The notes beneath the pieces were generated by a model that was not told the DNA's origin, made no database searches, and saw only the letters and a program-made list of their open reading frames with translations. From Felis catus (lineage: Eukaryota), in contig NC_058368.1 of the NCBI RefSeq assembly GCF_018350175.1, positions 155,932,001 through 155,996,000 of the forward strand: DNA of 64,000 bases. Direction: 5' to 3'. The position numbers and the translations under genes are program-made. Positions 40,880 through 53,974 of the stretch are shown here, one piece after another. Numbering within the stretch: the stretch's first letter is position 1; each line of letters starts with the position of its first letter.

Positions 40880-41330
40880 TATGAGTGGTATCTCATTGTG
40901 GTTTTGATTTGTATTTGCCTGATGATGAGTGATTGTGAGCATTTTTTCATGTGTCGGTTGGCCATCTGGATGTCTTCTTTGGAGAAGTGTCTATTCATGT
41001 CTTCTGCCCATTTCTTCACTGGATTATTTGTTTTTTGGGTGTTGAGTTTGATAAGGTCTTTATAGATTTTGAATACTAACCCTTTATCTGATATGTCATT
41101 TGCAAATATCTTCTCCCATTGTGTCGGTTGCCTTTTAGTTTTCCTGATGGTTTCCTTTGCTGTGCAGAAGCTTTTTATTTTGATGAGGTCCCAGTAGTTC
41201 ATTTTTGTGTTTTTCTTTTTCAAAATTGCTTTGGCTATTCAGGGTCTTTTTTGGTTCCATACAAATTTTAGGATTGTTTATTCTAGCTTTGTGAACAATG
41301 CTGGTGTTATTTTGATAGGTATTGCTCTTA
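40880..41330 (-). mobile_element. L1 ORF2 fragment lacking a 3' UTR, made of two non-contiguous pieces
   Basis: ORF 40879-41223 matches L1 ORF2 (KSFCTAKET...IKTTMRYH); 41220-41330 corresponds to sequence ~430 nt further upstream in the full L1 in this window. Confidence 0.88.
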
Positions 41331-42561
41331 GTGCATTATTGTAAAGAGTAGGTGAACTCTGAATTCATAAAGTGGTGGTATTATTTTATGAGACTGCTTC
41401 TCTCAAGGGGCTTCCCCAGAGCTCTTGCCTTGATGTTCTTTCTGCCCTGGGCCTTTATATTGTTTTATCAGGTAAATTCTCTTTCTTCTAAGTACATGGG
41501 TAAAATGAAGTTGGTTAGTATTACAGTGGTTTGACTCAGTTTTCATTTACACATTTCTGTGATTATGTTGTTCCCTCCTGTCTTTCATGAGGGAGGCGTT
41601 TCAATGCTAGTTCACTCATTCAGCCTAGCGTGGCCATGGCTATTTTTGTTTTCCTGTAAACCCTTTGTTGTATCTTTCAAATACAGTGCATAATAATGGC
41701 ATTTGATCATATTATTGGCATTTCTCCTGAAATGCTAACAAAATATTTGGATATAAAAATGTAAGTTGAAATAAGCCTCCTGATTTAATGTTATTAGTAA
41801 ACATTTATGTAGTACTTTATATTTACAAATTGCTTTACACTTATTTATTAGTTAATTGTACTGTTAAACAACATTAACCATCTGGCCAAATTAATGATTT
41901 CAAATTGTCCTACCAGTCGGTAGCTGAACAGTAAAAAGTAAAGTCATATTGGATTTTATTCTCATTGAACAAACTGTTTTGTCCTTCTCTTTTCTCTTCT
42001 GCACAACATAGTGCAGACTGACTTCAAAGGGAGGTTCAAATCAGAGGGAAAAAGAGGTCTGTTTTCTTTCTCCTATTGTCCTATAAATGTTGGCGTTCCC
42101 CCAGATTCATGCTAGACCTTCTTCAATGAAGAGCAGTCTTCCTCCCATGGAAAACCCCACATCTACTCCCACATATTCAGCTCTTGTCTCCTTATCTGTA
42201 ATTCATCTCTGTTCCAAACTGTAATTCAGTACCTTTAAAAACATAATTTAATGTTTTTAAAGGTACTGAATTAGGTTTTAAATTTAAAGGTACTGAATCT
42301 TCAAGCTTTCTGGATTCAACTTGTTGGTGGTCGCTTTCACTCCATCTTCAATTATATTTATAATTCATATTTATTCTAATGTATATTTTTAATTATTCAA
42401 ACTAACCATTACCATCATACTGTAAAGCAGGGTCTGACTTCAAAAAGTACTGTGTGCCTATACTCGCATCTTGTCTACACAGTCAGTCACCATTAAAGGA
42501 TAATTTATTCTGCAGTCACTCCAACATTCATCTCCCTGCCATCAGTCCACAGTTTAGGTGC

Positions 42562-43346
42562 TGTGATAATGTGATTTCTAATAAGAAATATGTATATGGT
42601 CACCATCCCAGTTTGGAATTTCCTGTGATGAGAACTATAAAGGTGTCTTTTGTTATGTTAATGAGGTTACTTTTGAAAAACACCTAAGATTGGGGGCTGG
42701 TTAGTAAAGGAGCCAACCCTGTCATTTAGACACTTGGGATTTCCATTACTACTCCCAGTCTCCAGAGAGGGCAAGGGGCTGGAGATGGAGTTCAATCTCC
42801 AATGGCCAGTGATTTAGTCAATCATGCCTATGTAATAAAACCTCCATAAAAACCCAAAAGGACAGAGTTCAGAGAATGTCTGGGATGGTGAGCACATGGA
42901 AATTTGGGCAGAGTGGCATGCTGGGAGAGAACATGGCACCTCTGTGCCCTTCCTCATGCCTTGCCTTCCGCATCTCTTCCATCTGGCTGTTCCTGAGTTA
43001 TATCCGTTTATAATAAAATGGTAATCTAGTAAGTAAAATATATTTCTGAGTTCTGTGAGCTACTGTAGCAAATTACATCTAAGGAGGGGTTCAATGGAAA
43101 TTCCATTCTATTGCACTGTCAGTCAGAAGTACAGGTGACAACCTGCACTGGTGATTGACATCTGAAATGGAGACAATAGAAGCCAGTCTTGTAGGAATGA
43201 GGCCTTAACCTGTAAGATCTATTGCCCTCTCTAGGTAAATAGTCTCAGAATTAAGATTAATTGTAGGACACCTACCTGGTACATAGAATTGCTTGGTGAT
43301 GTGGGAAAAACAGCCTCCATATATTGGAAATGTGTGCAGAATCATC
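42562..43346 (+). mobile_element. Solo ERV LTR, MER21-like
   Basis: Starts TGTGATAATGTGATTTCTAATAAGAAATATG; AATAAA followed by TTTCTGAGTTCTGTGAGC; 5-bp TSD GGTGC at 42557-42561 and 43347-43351. Confidence 0.8.
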
Positions 43347-44169
43347 GGTGCTTAGGATTTTGTTGCCTGAACAGTGCAATATTCTCCAGATATTCAGAGC
43401 CCACGCCTCACACCATGGCTATACCAAACTTGCAGTGACGGCCCGGCCTAGAGAGTTTCAAGTCTTAGTGTTGTAGCTTGGTGGTAGTACTGTTTAGCCA
43501 TCATCTCTCCTCAGGGAGAAAACGATATCTTGCTGCTTCTACCTTATGTTTTCCCATGTTTGCTGTCTACTTTTACTGTACCACTCACTTAAATGCCTTT
43601 CCATATACCCTAAACCTGCTCATTTTTCAGACCTAGTCCACATCCTACCTCTTTTATAACATCCTTCCCAACTACCCAACCCTGATGTGATTGTCCTTCT
43701 CCTTTGAGTCTTTATGTACCTAATGTGAACACTATTCTGGTCTGTTAACCACATATTGCTTTGTTACAATTCTTCTGTTACCTTTTGGATCTGTTATTTT
43801 ATCATCACATTGCGTTTTATTTTTTCACATGTCTCTTTTTATCTATACTTGCTTTTCTTTGACAAAGACTTATAGCCCTTATTCCACATATTTTATTTCA
43901 AAAAACATGTTTCAACTTTAAGCACTCACAAAATATCTCTTTTTTTTTTTATGACATTTATTGACAAATTGGTTTCCATACAACACCCAGTGCTCATCCC
44001 AAAAGGTGCCCTCCTCAATACCCATCACCCACCCTCACCTCCCTCCCACCCCCCATCAACCCTCACTTTGTTCTCAGTTTTTAACAGTCTCTTATGCTTT
44101 GGCTCTCTCCCACTCTAACCTCTTTTTTTTTTTTTCCTTCCCCTCCCCCATGGGTTCCTGTTAAGTTTC

Positions 44170-47100
44170 TCAGGATCCACATAAGAGTGAAACCATATGG
44201 TATCTGTCTTTCTCTGTATGGCTTATTTCACTTAGCATCACACTCTCCAGTTCCATCCACGTTGCTACAAAAGGCCATATTTCATTTTTTCTCATTGCCA
44301 CGTAATATTCCATTGTGTATATAAACCACAATTTCTTTATCCATTCATCAGTTGATGGACATTTAGGCTCTTTCCATAATTTGGCTATTGTTGAGAGTGC
44401 TGCTATGAACATTGGGGTACAAGTGGCCCTATGCATCAGTACTCCTGTATCCCTTTGATAAATTCCTAGCAGTGCTATTGCTGGGTCATAGGGTAGGTCT
44501 ATTTTTAATTTTCTGAGGAACCTCCACACTGTTTTCCAGAGTGGCTGCACCAATTTGCATTCCCACCAACAGTGCAAGAGGGTTCCCGTTTCTCCACATC
44601 CTCTCCAGCATCTATAGTCTCCTGATTTGTTCATTTTGACCACTCTGACTGGCGTGAGGTGATACCTGAGTGTGGTTTTGATTTGTATTTCCCTGATAAG
44701 GAGCGACGCTGAACATCTTTTCATGTGCCTGTTGGCCATCCGGATGTCTTCTTTAGAGAAGTGTCTATTCATGTTTTCTGCCCATTTCTTCACTGGGTTA
44801 TTTGTTTTTCGAGTGTGGAGTTTGGTGAGCTCTTTATAGATTTTGGATACTAGCCCTTTGTCCGATATGTCATTTGCGAATATCTTTTCCCATTCCGTTG
44901 GTTGCCTTTTAGTTTTGTTGGTTGTTTCCTTTGCTGTGCAGAAGCTTTTTATCTTCATAAGGTCCCAGTAATTCACTTTTGCTTTTAATTCCCTTGCCTT
45001 TGGGGATGTGTCGAGTAAGAGATTGCTACGGCTGAGGTCAGAGAGGTCTTTTCCTGCTTTCTCCTCTAAGGTTTTGATGGTTTCCTGTCTCACATTTAGG
45101 TCCTTTATCCATTTGGAGTTTATTTTTGTGAATGGTGTGAGAAAGTGGTCTAGTTTCAACCTTCTGCATGTTGCTGTCCAGTTCTCCCAGCACCATTTGT
45201 TAAAGAGGCTGTCTTTTTTCCATTGGATGTTCTTTCCTGCTTTGTCAAAGATGAGTTGGCCATACGTTTGTGGGTCTAGTTCTGGGGTTTCTATTCTGTT
45301 CCATTGGTCTATGTGTCTGTTTTTGTGCCAATACCATGCTGTCTTGATGATGACAGCTTTGTAGTAGAGGCTAAAGTCTGGGATTGTGATGCCTCCTGCT
45401 TTGGTCTTCTTCAAAATTCCTTTGGCTATTCAGGCCTTTTGTGGTTCCATATGAATTTTAGGATTGCTTGTTCTAGTTTTGAGAAGAATGCTGGTGCAAT
45501 TTTGATTGGGATTGCATTGAATGTGTAGATAGCTTTGGGTAGTATTGACATTTTGACAATATTTATTTTTCCAATCCATGAGCAGGGAATGTCTTTCCAT
45601 TTCTTTAAATCTTCTTCAATTTCCTTCATAAGCTTTCTATAGTTTTCAGCATACAGATCCTTTACATCTTTGGTTAGATTTATTCCTAGGTATTTTATGC
45701 AATTGTGAATGGGATCAGTTTCTTTATTTGTCTTTCTGTTGCTTCATTGTTAGTGTATAAGAATGCAACTGATTTCTGTACATTGATTTTGTATCCTGCA
45801 ACGTTGCTGAATTCCTGTATCAGTTCTAGCAGACTTTTGGTGGAGTCTATCGGATTTTCCATGTATAATATCATGTCATCTGCAAAAAGCGAAAGCTTGA
45901 CTTCATCTTTGCCAATTTGGATGCCTTTGATTTCCTTTTGTTGTCTGATTGCTGATGCTAGAACTTCCAGCACTATGTTAAACAGCAGCGGTGAGAGTGG
46001 GCATCCTTGTCGTGTTCCTGATCTCAGGGAAAAAGGTCTCAGTTTTTCCCCGTTGAGGATGATGTTAGCTGTGGGCTTTTCGTAAATGGTTTTTATGATC
46101 TTTAAGTATGTTCCTTCTACCCCGACTTTCTCAAGGGTTTTTATTAAGAAAGGGTGCTGGATTTTGTCAAAGGCCTTTTCTGCATCGATTGACAGGATCA
46201 TATGATTCTTCTCTTTTTTTTTTGTTAATGTGATGTATCACGTTGATTGATTTGCGAATGTTGAACCAGCCCTGCATCCCAGGAATGAATCCCACTTGAT
46301 CATGGTGAATAATTCTTTTTATATGCCGTTGAATTCAATTTGCTAGTATCTTATTGAGAATTTTTACATCCCTATTCATCAGGGATATTGGCCTGTAGTT
46401 CTCTTTTTTTACTGGGTCTCTGTCTGGTTTAGGAATCAAAGTAATACTGGCTTCATAGAATGAGTCTGGAAGTTTTCCTTCCCTTTCTATTTCTTGGAAT
46501 AGCTTGAGAAGGATAGGTATTATCTCTGCTTTAAACGTCTGGTAGAACTCCCCTGGGAAGCCATCTGGTCCTGGACTCTTATTTGTTGGGAGATTTTTGA
46601 TAACCGATTCAATTTCTTCGCTGGTTATGGGTCTGTTCAAGCTTTCTATTTCCTCCTGATTGAGTTTTGGAAGAGTGTGGGTGTTCAGGAATTTGTCCAT
46701 TTCTTCCAGGTTGTCCAATTTGTTGGCATATAATTTTTCATAGTATTCCCTGATAATTGTTTGTATCTCTGAGGGATTGGTTGTAATAATTCCATTTTCA
46801 TTCATGATTTTATCTATTTGGGTCATCTCCCTTTTCTTTTTGAGAAGCCTGGCTAGAGGTTTGTCAATTTTGTTTATTTTTTCAAAAAACCAACTCTTGG
46901 TTTCGTTGATCTGCTCTACAGTTTTTTTAGATTCTATATTGTTTATTTCTGCTCTGATCTTTATTATTTCTCTTCTTCTGCTGGGTTTAGGCTGCCTTTG
47001 CTGTTCTGCTTCTAGTTCCTTTAGGTGTGCTGTTAGATTTTGTATTTGGGATTTTTCTTGTTTCTTGAGATAGGCCTGGATTGCAATGTATTTTCCTCTC

Positions 47101-47979
47101 AGGACTGCCTTCGCTGCGTCCCAAAGCGTTTGGATTGTTGTATTTTCATTTTCGTTTGTTTCCATATATTTTTTTAATTTCTTCTCTAATTGCCTGGTTG
47201 ACCCACTCATTCGTTAGTAGGGTGTTCTTTAACCTCCATGCCTTTGGAGGTTTTCCAGACTTTTTTCTGTGGTTGATTTCAAGCTTCATAGCATTGTGGT
47301 CTGAAAGTATGCATGGTATAATTTCAATTCTTGTAAACTTATGAAGGGCTGTTTTGTGACCCAGTATATGATCTGTCTTGGAGAATGTTCCATGTGCACT
47401 CGAGAAGAAAGTATATTCTGTTGCTTTGGGATGCAGAGTTCTAAATATATCTGTCAAGTCCATCTGATCCAATGTCTCATTCAGGGCCCTTGTTTCTTTA
47501 TTGACCATGTGTCTAGATGATCTGTCCATTTCTGTAAGTGGGGTGTTAAAGTCCCCTGCAATTACCACATTCTTATCAATAAGGTTGCTTATGTTTATGA
47601 GTAATTGTTTTATATATTTGGGGGCTCCGGTATTCGGTGCATAGACATTTATAATTGTTAGCTCTTCCTGATGGATAGACCCTGTAACTATTATATAATG
47701 TCCTTCATCTCTTGTTACAGCCTTTACTTTAAAGTCTAGTTTGTCTGATATAAGTATGGCTACTCCAGCTTTCTTTTGGCTTCCAGTCGCATGATAAATA
47801 GTTCTCCATCCCCTCACTCTCAATCTAAAGGTGTCCTCAGGTCTAAAATGAGTCTCTTGTAGACAGCAAATAGATGGGTCTTGTGTTTTTATCCATTCTG
47901 ATACCCTATGTCTTTTGGTTGGCGCATTTAATCCATTTACATTCAGTGTTATTATAGAAAGATACGGGTTGAGAGTCAT
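44170..47979 (-). pseudogene. L1 ORF2 (APE endonuclease, reverse transcriptase, Cys-rich domain), frameshifted into at least 5 pieces
   Basis: EN motifs (TLNVNGL, LQETH, GDFN, SDH), RT motifs (QGCPLSP, FADD) and CWRGC...HCWWEC across ORFs 47146-48033, 46335-47210, 45695-46201, 45426-45629 and 44170-45414. Confidence 0.95.
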
Positions 47980-48029
47980 TGTGATGTCTGTGTGTTTTAT
48001 GCTTGTAGTGATGTCTCTGGGACTTTGTC

Positions 48030-48922
48030 TCACAGGGTCCCCCTTAGGATCTCTTGTAGGGCTGGTTTAGTGGTGACAAATTCCTTCAGTTTTTGTTTGT
48101 TTGGGAAGACCTTTATCTCTCCTTCTATTCTAAATGACAGACTTGCTGGATAAAGGATTCTCGGCTGCATATTTTTTCTGTCTAGCACCCTGAAAATCTC
48201 GTGCCAATTCTTTCTGGCCTGCCAAGTTTCAAAAGAGAGATCGGTCACGAGTCTTATAGGTCTCCCTTTATATGTGAGGGCACGTTTACCCCTTGCTGCT
48301 TTCAGAATTTTCTCTTTATCCTTGTATTTTGCCAGTTTCACTATGATATGTCGTGCAGAAGATCGATTCAAGTTACGTCTGAAGGGAGTTCTCTGTGCCT
48401 CTTGGATTTCAATGCCTTTTTCCTTCCCCAGTTCAGGGAAGTTCTCAGCTATTATTTCTTCAAGTACCCCTTCAGCACCTTTCCCTCTCTCTTCCTCCTC
48501 TGGGATACCAATTATGCGTATATTATTTCTTTTTAGTGTATCACTTAGTCCTCTAATTTTCCCCTCATACTCCTGGATGTTTTTATCTCTCTTTTTCTCA
48601 CTTCCTCTTTCTCCATAACTTTATCCTCTAGTTCACCTATTCTCTCCTCTGCCTCTTCATGCCGAGCTGTGGTGGTTTCCATTTTGTTATGCATTTCGTT
48701 TAAAGCGTTTTTCAGCTCCTCGTGACTGTTCCTTAGTCCCTTGATCTCTGTAGCAAGAGATTCTCTGCTCTCCTGTATACTGTTTTCAAGCCCAGCGATT
48801 AATTTTATGACTATTATTCTAAATTCACTTTCTGTTATATTATTTAAATCCTTTTTGATCAGCTCATTAGCTGTTGTTATTTCCTGGAGATTCTTCTGAG
48901 GGGAATTCTTCCGCTTGGTCAT
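48030..48922 (-). pseudogene. L1 ORF1 (RNA-binding protein), frameshifted near 48600
   Basis: MTKRKNSPQK... coiled-coil start; C-terminal RHIIVKL...YPASLSF...; split between ORFs 48545-48961 and 48030-48371. Confidence 0.92.
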
Positions 48923-51900
48923 TTTGGATAGTCCCTGGCGTGGTGAGGACCTGCAGGGCACTTCCCCTGTGCTGTGGTGTATAACTGGAGTCGGTGGGCG
49001 GGGCCACAGTCAGACCTGATGTCTGCCCCCAGCCCACCGCTGGGGCCACAGTCAGACTGGTGTGTGCCTTCTCTTCCCCTCTCCTAGGGGTGGGATTCAC
49101 TGTGGGGTGGTGTGGCCCGTCTGGGCTACTTGCACACTGCCAGGCTTGTGATGCTGGGGATCTGGCGTATTAGCTGGGGTGGGTAGGCAAGGTGCACGGG
49201 AGCAGGAGGGGCAGGCTTAGATTGCTTCTCCTTAGGTGATCCTCTTCAGGAGGGGCCCTGTGGCAGCGGGAGGGAGTCAGATCCGCTGCCGGAGGTTTGG
49301 CTCCGCAGAAGCACAGAGTTGGGTGTTTGCGCGGAGCGAGCAAGTTCCCTGGCAGGAACTGGTTCTCTTTGGGATTTTGGCTGGGGGATGGGCGGGGGAG
49401 ATGGCGCCGGTGAGCGCCTTTGTTCCCTACCAAACTGAGCTCTGTCGTCACGGGGCTCAGCAGCTCTCCCTCCCTTTGTCCTCCAGCCTTCCCGCTTTCC
49501 GAGCAGAGCTTTTAACTTATGACCTCCCAGACGGTAAGTCGCGCTTGTTGTCGGAACACAGTCCGTCAGGCCCCTCCGCTTTTGCAAGCCAGACTCGGGG
49601 GCTCTGCTTGGCCGGCGAGCCGCCCCTCCGCCCCGGCTCCCTCCCGCCAGTCCGTTGGGCGCGCACCGCCTCGCCGCCCTTCCTACCCTCTTCCGTGGGC
49701 CTCTCGTCTGCGTTTGGCTCCGGCGACTCCGTTCTGCTAATCCTCTGGCGGTTTTCTGGGTTATTTAGGCGGGTGTAGGTGGAATCTAAGTGATCAGCAG
49801 GATGCGCGGTGAGCCCAGCGTCCTCCTAAGCCGCCATCTTTCCGCTTCCCACAAAATATCTCTTAATTGATACATATTAGAAGTTTAGGTGTTCTATTAT
49901 TCCTAGGTGGATTGAATAAATAATTACCTTTAACCACCAGTATCACAATGAATAGTAGTCAGTATTTCAAACAAGTGTTGTTAAATTGTTATGTGTATGA
50001 ATGATTAAAATAAGGGCTCTTTGAGCCTTTAAATTAGTCTCCTCATCCTTAGTTCCTACATCACTAGCTGATTCTTGAGGTCTTAAATTCAATGATCATG
50101 CCAAAAGACAACAAATGCTGTAAGTTCATTCACTTACTAACCTTTCCATATCCTTTTCTAAGAATGAGATGGTAGTATGAGGAAAACAAGACATTCAGTA
50201 ACTTCATGTTATTTGGTTAACAGTATAGTGTTTTTGACCAACATAAAAAGTTTTAAAACGAGCTTTGTTCTTAGGATATGGTGCTACAGACAGAGAAGAA
50301 ATAGAAGACTGGCCCAAATTAGCAAAAACCCTGTGAAACTCTGTCTTAATGAATGGAAACAATTAGGAAACTAATTACAGTGGATCCCTACATAAGACTG
50401 TTGTAAAAGTGAAATTAAAGGACCTTGTAAGTTACTTTATGGGCCTTTAGTACATGTAGCCTGTTTTACGAGATCTGCCTTGGTTTGTTGCTTATTTGAT
50501 ATCTATCACAGTGAGACACACTGTAGAACTGTTTTACTGTATATAATTAATTTGCCATTTATCCAGCAAACATTGAGAGCCTCCTAACTTCAAACCATTA
50601 TGCTAGGTAATACCGAAGTGAGAGCAGCTGTATATGGTTTTGTCCACAGGGAGCTTATTCAGAACAAGAGAGTTCATCATATGGACTAGAGTGAATGGCT
50701 ATTCTAAATCCATATTCAAAATCCGGTTAAGATTTTATAGAATATTTCACTTTAGGAATGAAATGTTAGTGGTAATATAATGCACTTGGACCATTTCCTT
50801 AGGCTTTATTTTAGCAATTGTTCATGGGAAAGGCATAATTCAGGCATTTCTTCCTTGTCTCATGAAGTAGTCTGAGGTACCTTGGGGAATAACTTGTGTC
50901 CTTTCTTATTCATTGCAAGATAACAACATCAATAACAGAAAGTGTGTTGATTCTTTTTTGCATAAAGTCATTATCCAATTCTGTGGTAAATTTGGAAACT
51001 ACAGACTGTGATGTTTTCCTTTAAAAACACTTCTGTAGGAAGGTGATTCTGAATAGCACTTAGTCCCAAAGGACAAACTTTAGGGAGGGGACACATAACT
51101 TCATGAGTATACTGACTTATGAATAGTTCCAGGAAATCTATTATAAACCAGAAAATTAGGTTTGAATGTAATCAACTTAAATATGAATGGCACTCTTTTT
51201 ATCCAAATTAAACCACAGGATTAGAAAGTTGTTCTTTTCCTTTGCAGGCAGGTCCTTAAAATAGTATACTTAATAGATGAGGCCTACACTGTTTCTGATA
51301 TGTTTTCCAGATGATGCAAATCTCCAACTACTGTGGTCTAGTATTTTAAAACCTGACTTTTAAGAAATGTATATTCAGTTTTAGTTCATCTCCTTTAGCA
51401 TACATTTAGTGAAGATAAGGAAATCAATGTTATCCTTTTCATGTCAACTTAGAAAATTGATTTATTGCTTACCTGTATCTTCTCTGAAATAGAATACGTT
51501 AAAATTTCCTTGTAGGTTGTAATTTTTAATGCTTTAAAAGTTTTGCTTCTCTCTCAACTTTATATTGAATCTCTAAGTAGTTAAATAATAGGGATCTTAC
51601 ATGAGATTTACAAGGCCTTATACCATTTTCAGTGGGGGCATTGGGGAACAATGGATGGCAAAAATCTTATTTTGATAGGGAGCAGAGAGAGCTTTACAAA
51701 CTTATTTCTAATTTAATTTAGTCATTACGTCAAACTAAGGTGTACTAGTTTGGGGAGAATTCATTAGGAAAAGGGAAAGCATTAAGGAAACTCATACATA
51801 AAATATGTTTTTAAAAAGCTAGGAATATCATTTATTTGTACTATTGAATAAATTCAAATTTTAACAGAGATTGAGATTTTATTTTTATTTTTATAGAGGT

Positions 51901-53939
51901 TTCCATGAACTGTAAAGGACATCCAGTTTTTATACAATACTATAAATGGCAGTTACATCTTTGCATTTAAAAATTATAGAACATAGGCCTTTCTTAAAAT
52001 AAGCAAATGAAGTTATTTCAACTCCCTACAAGTTATTCTGACCTAATTTGATACTTTAATGCCCAGAAAATGATTGTTTATCTTTACCAAAATTATACCA
52101 TTGTTAATACAGTATGCCACTTAGAACCCCTGAAACCAAATGTTACGTACATAATATATAAAATAGAAATAGAAATATATATATATAGAAAAAGAATTAT
52201 GTTATAATATATATTTTAAATATGTGGAAACATAGTTATAGCTATGAAAATCCATACTCAATACTATTACATATCAGTGCTTGCCATCATGAATTAACAG
52301 TTTGGTGGCTTGCTTCAGCCAAGAATTGGTTGTGTGATTAATATAACTAGCTATAGATGCAGTTTATCCAGCTATTTCTCTTAGAATTCAAATGAATGTT
52401 CTTTTTGTAAGGTGGTTGATTTCTTGTACTACTACTAATGTGGTGAAAGGAGTCTTTCCAAGATCAAGAACAAGCAGCAAAACCCTTAATTTGAATTTAT
52501 AGCCTTCAGAGGCAATCTGCAACACAACTTAACTGTCCGAGCAATTTATTTTAATTAATATGATTTGTGCTATATATTTAAGTAGGAGAGTTATATACCA
52601 ACAAATGGGACAACTAAGAATGCTAACAGTAACATTTTAAATAGTTATGGCCTAGGGAAAACATAAACGGAAGCACAGCCATCAGTAGTTATGGAAGCTG
52701 AACTTTTCCGTAATCAGTAAATCATCCATATCTCCATAGAGACTTCATTTCCACCCGTGGATTTTTTTTTAATTATAAGAGTTTAGATAAAAGGCCAAGG
52801 TCACGCTATTTGCCTAGCATTTAGTGCTGATGTAGAAGAAATGCCCTCTGTTAAGAGAAGTGTCAGGAATACTATATATTGCCAGAGCGCATTGCTGATT
52901 TTTCTTAGAGTAATGTATAATTTAATGAATCAAAAGAAAAAGGTCTTTTTTTTTTTTTAGTTAAATTTGACACACCTGAAAATATTCACAGACTGTGTTC
53001 TAGAGACATTTAGCGTCTACTGCATTTATGAAACTGCTATGTTAAAAGGTACTTAAGTTATATTAAGCAATACTATTCTTGGTCTAAAAATTATCTTTAA
53101 AAAAATCCTCTTCATCAAGGAAAGAATTACATATTTACAACCCCAATATTTGCAGAAATTGAGTGCATTTTTACTAGCTTGTGTAAAGCTGATGACAACA
53201 CAAGGATCAGCACTGCACAAACCACTTCTGGGGATAATGATCTGAATGAAAACTCTATTTAGAAACACATGGTCTATCAGCGAAAGATCCTGTTTGCAAC
53301 CTTTGTTACTCAAATTAGTAGTAACATCATATTTATAAAAGGATTTGAAATATGGACCTAGTTTATATTTTGCTTGAAATTGGCTAAGAATTTAGAAAGA
53401 TTAGAACTGTTGTAGAATCCAGGAGAAAATGAGAGCTCTACATTATTAATGCCATTACTCTTCATTAAGTCACTGACTGTATGTTCTTATTCATACAGGT
53501 TTCAAAGTTCTTTTCCTTTCATTCATTCAGTAATCAAACTATTTACCAAATGCCTACTATGTGCTGGTACTGTGGGGGTATGGAGCCTATAATAATAATA
53601 GCTAGTACTTTTTAGCAATTTGAATATGCTAGGCAGTATTCTCAGTACTTTGCATATATTAATTCATTTAGCTCTCACAGCAACTTTAAGAGGTAAGTTA
53701 ACTACCATTGCCACAGACCAAGAGTTACCCAAGTCACACAACTGGATAGTGATGGAGCCAATATTCTAACCCAAGCAGCTGACTCCACTAGTGCTCTTAC
53801 CCGATACGGTACATGTACCGCAACCTAGGTCTGTCTCTGTGTCTTATCTCCTATAACAGTAAATGTTAGCTGCTCTCGTGGAGCTCCCAGTTTAACAACA
53901 TTTTATATCCACTCTGTGTATTTAAAAAAATCGATGAGG

Positions 53940-53974
<35 letters not shown>

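Larger units (their letters stand above)
43942..49849 (-). mobile_element. Young full-length feline LINE-1 (~5.9 kb)
   Basis: Perfect 15-bp TSD CACAAAATATCTCTT (43927-43941 and 49850-49864); TT/AAGA endonuclease-type site; CpG-rich 5' UTR starting GGAAGCGGAAAGATGGCGG (YY1 motif); ORF1, ORF2, AATAAA and short poly-A. Confidence 0.97.

Noticed and set aside
45008..48618. Plus-strand ORFs of about 75-125 aa opposite L1 ORF1/ORF2
   Set aside because: Antisense shadows of L1 coding sequence
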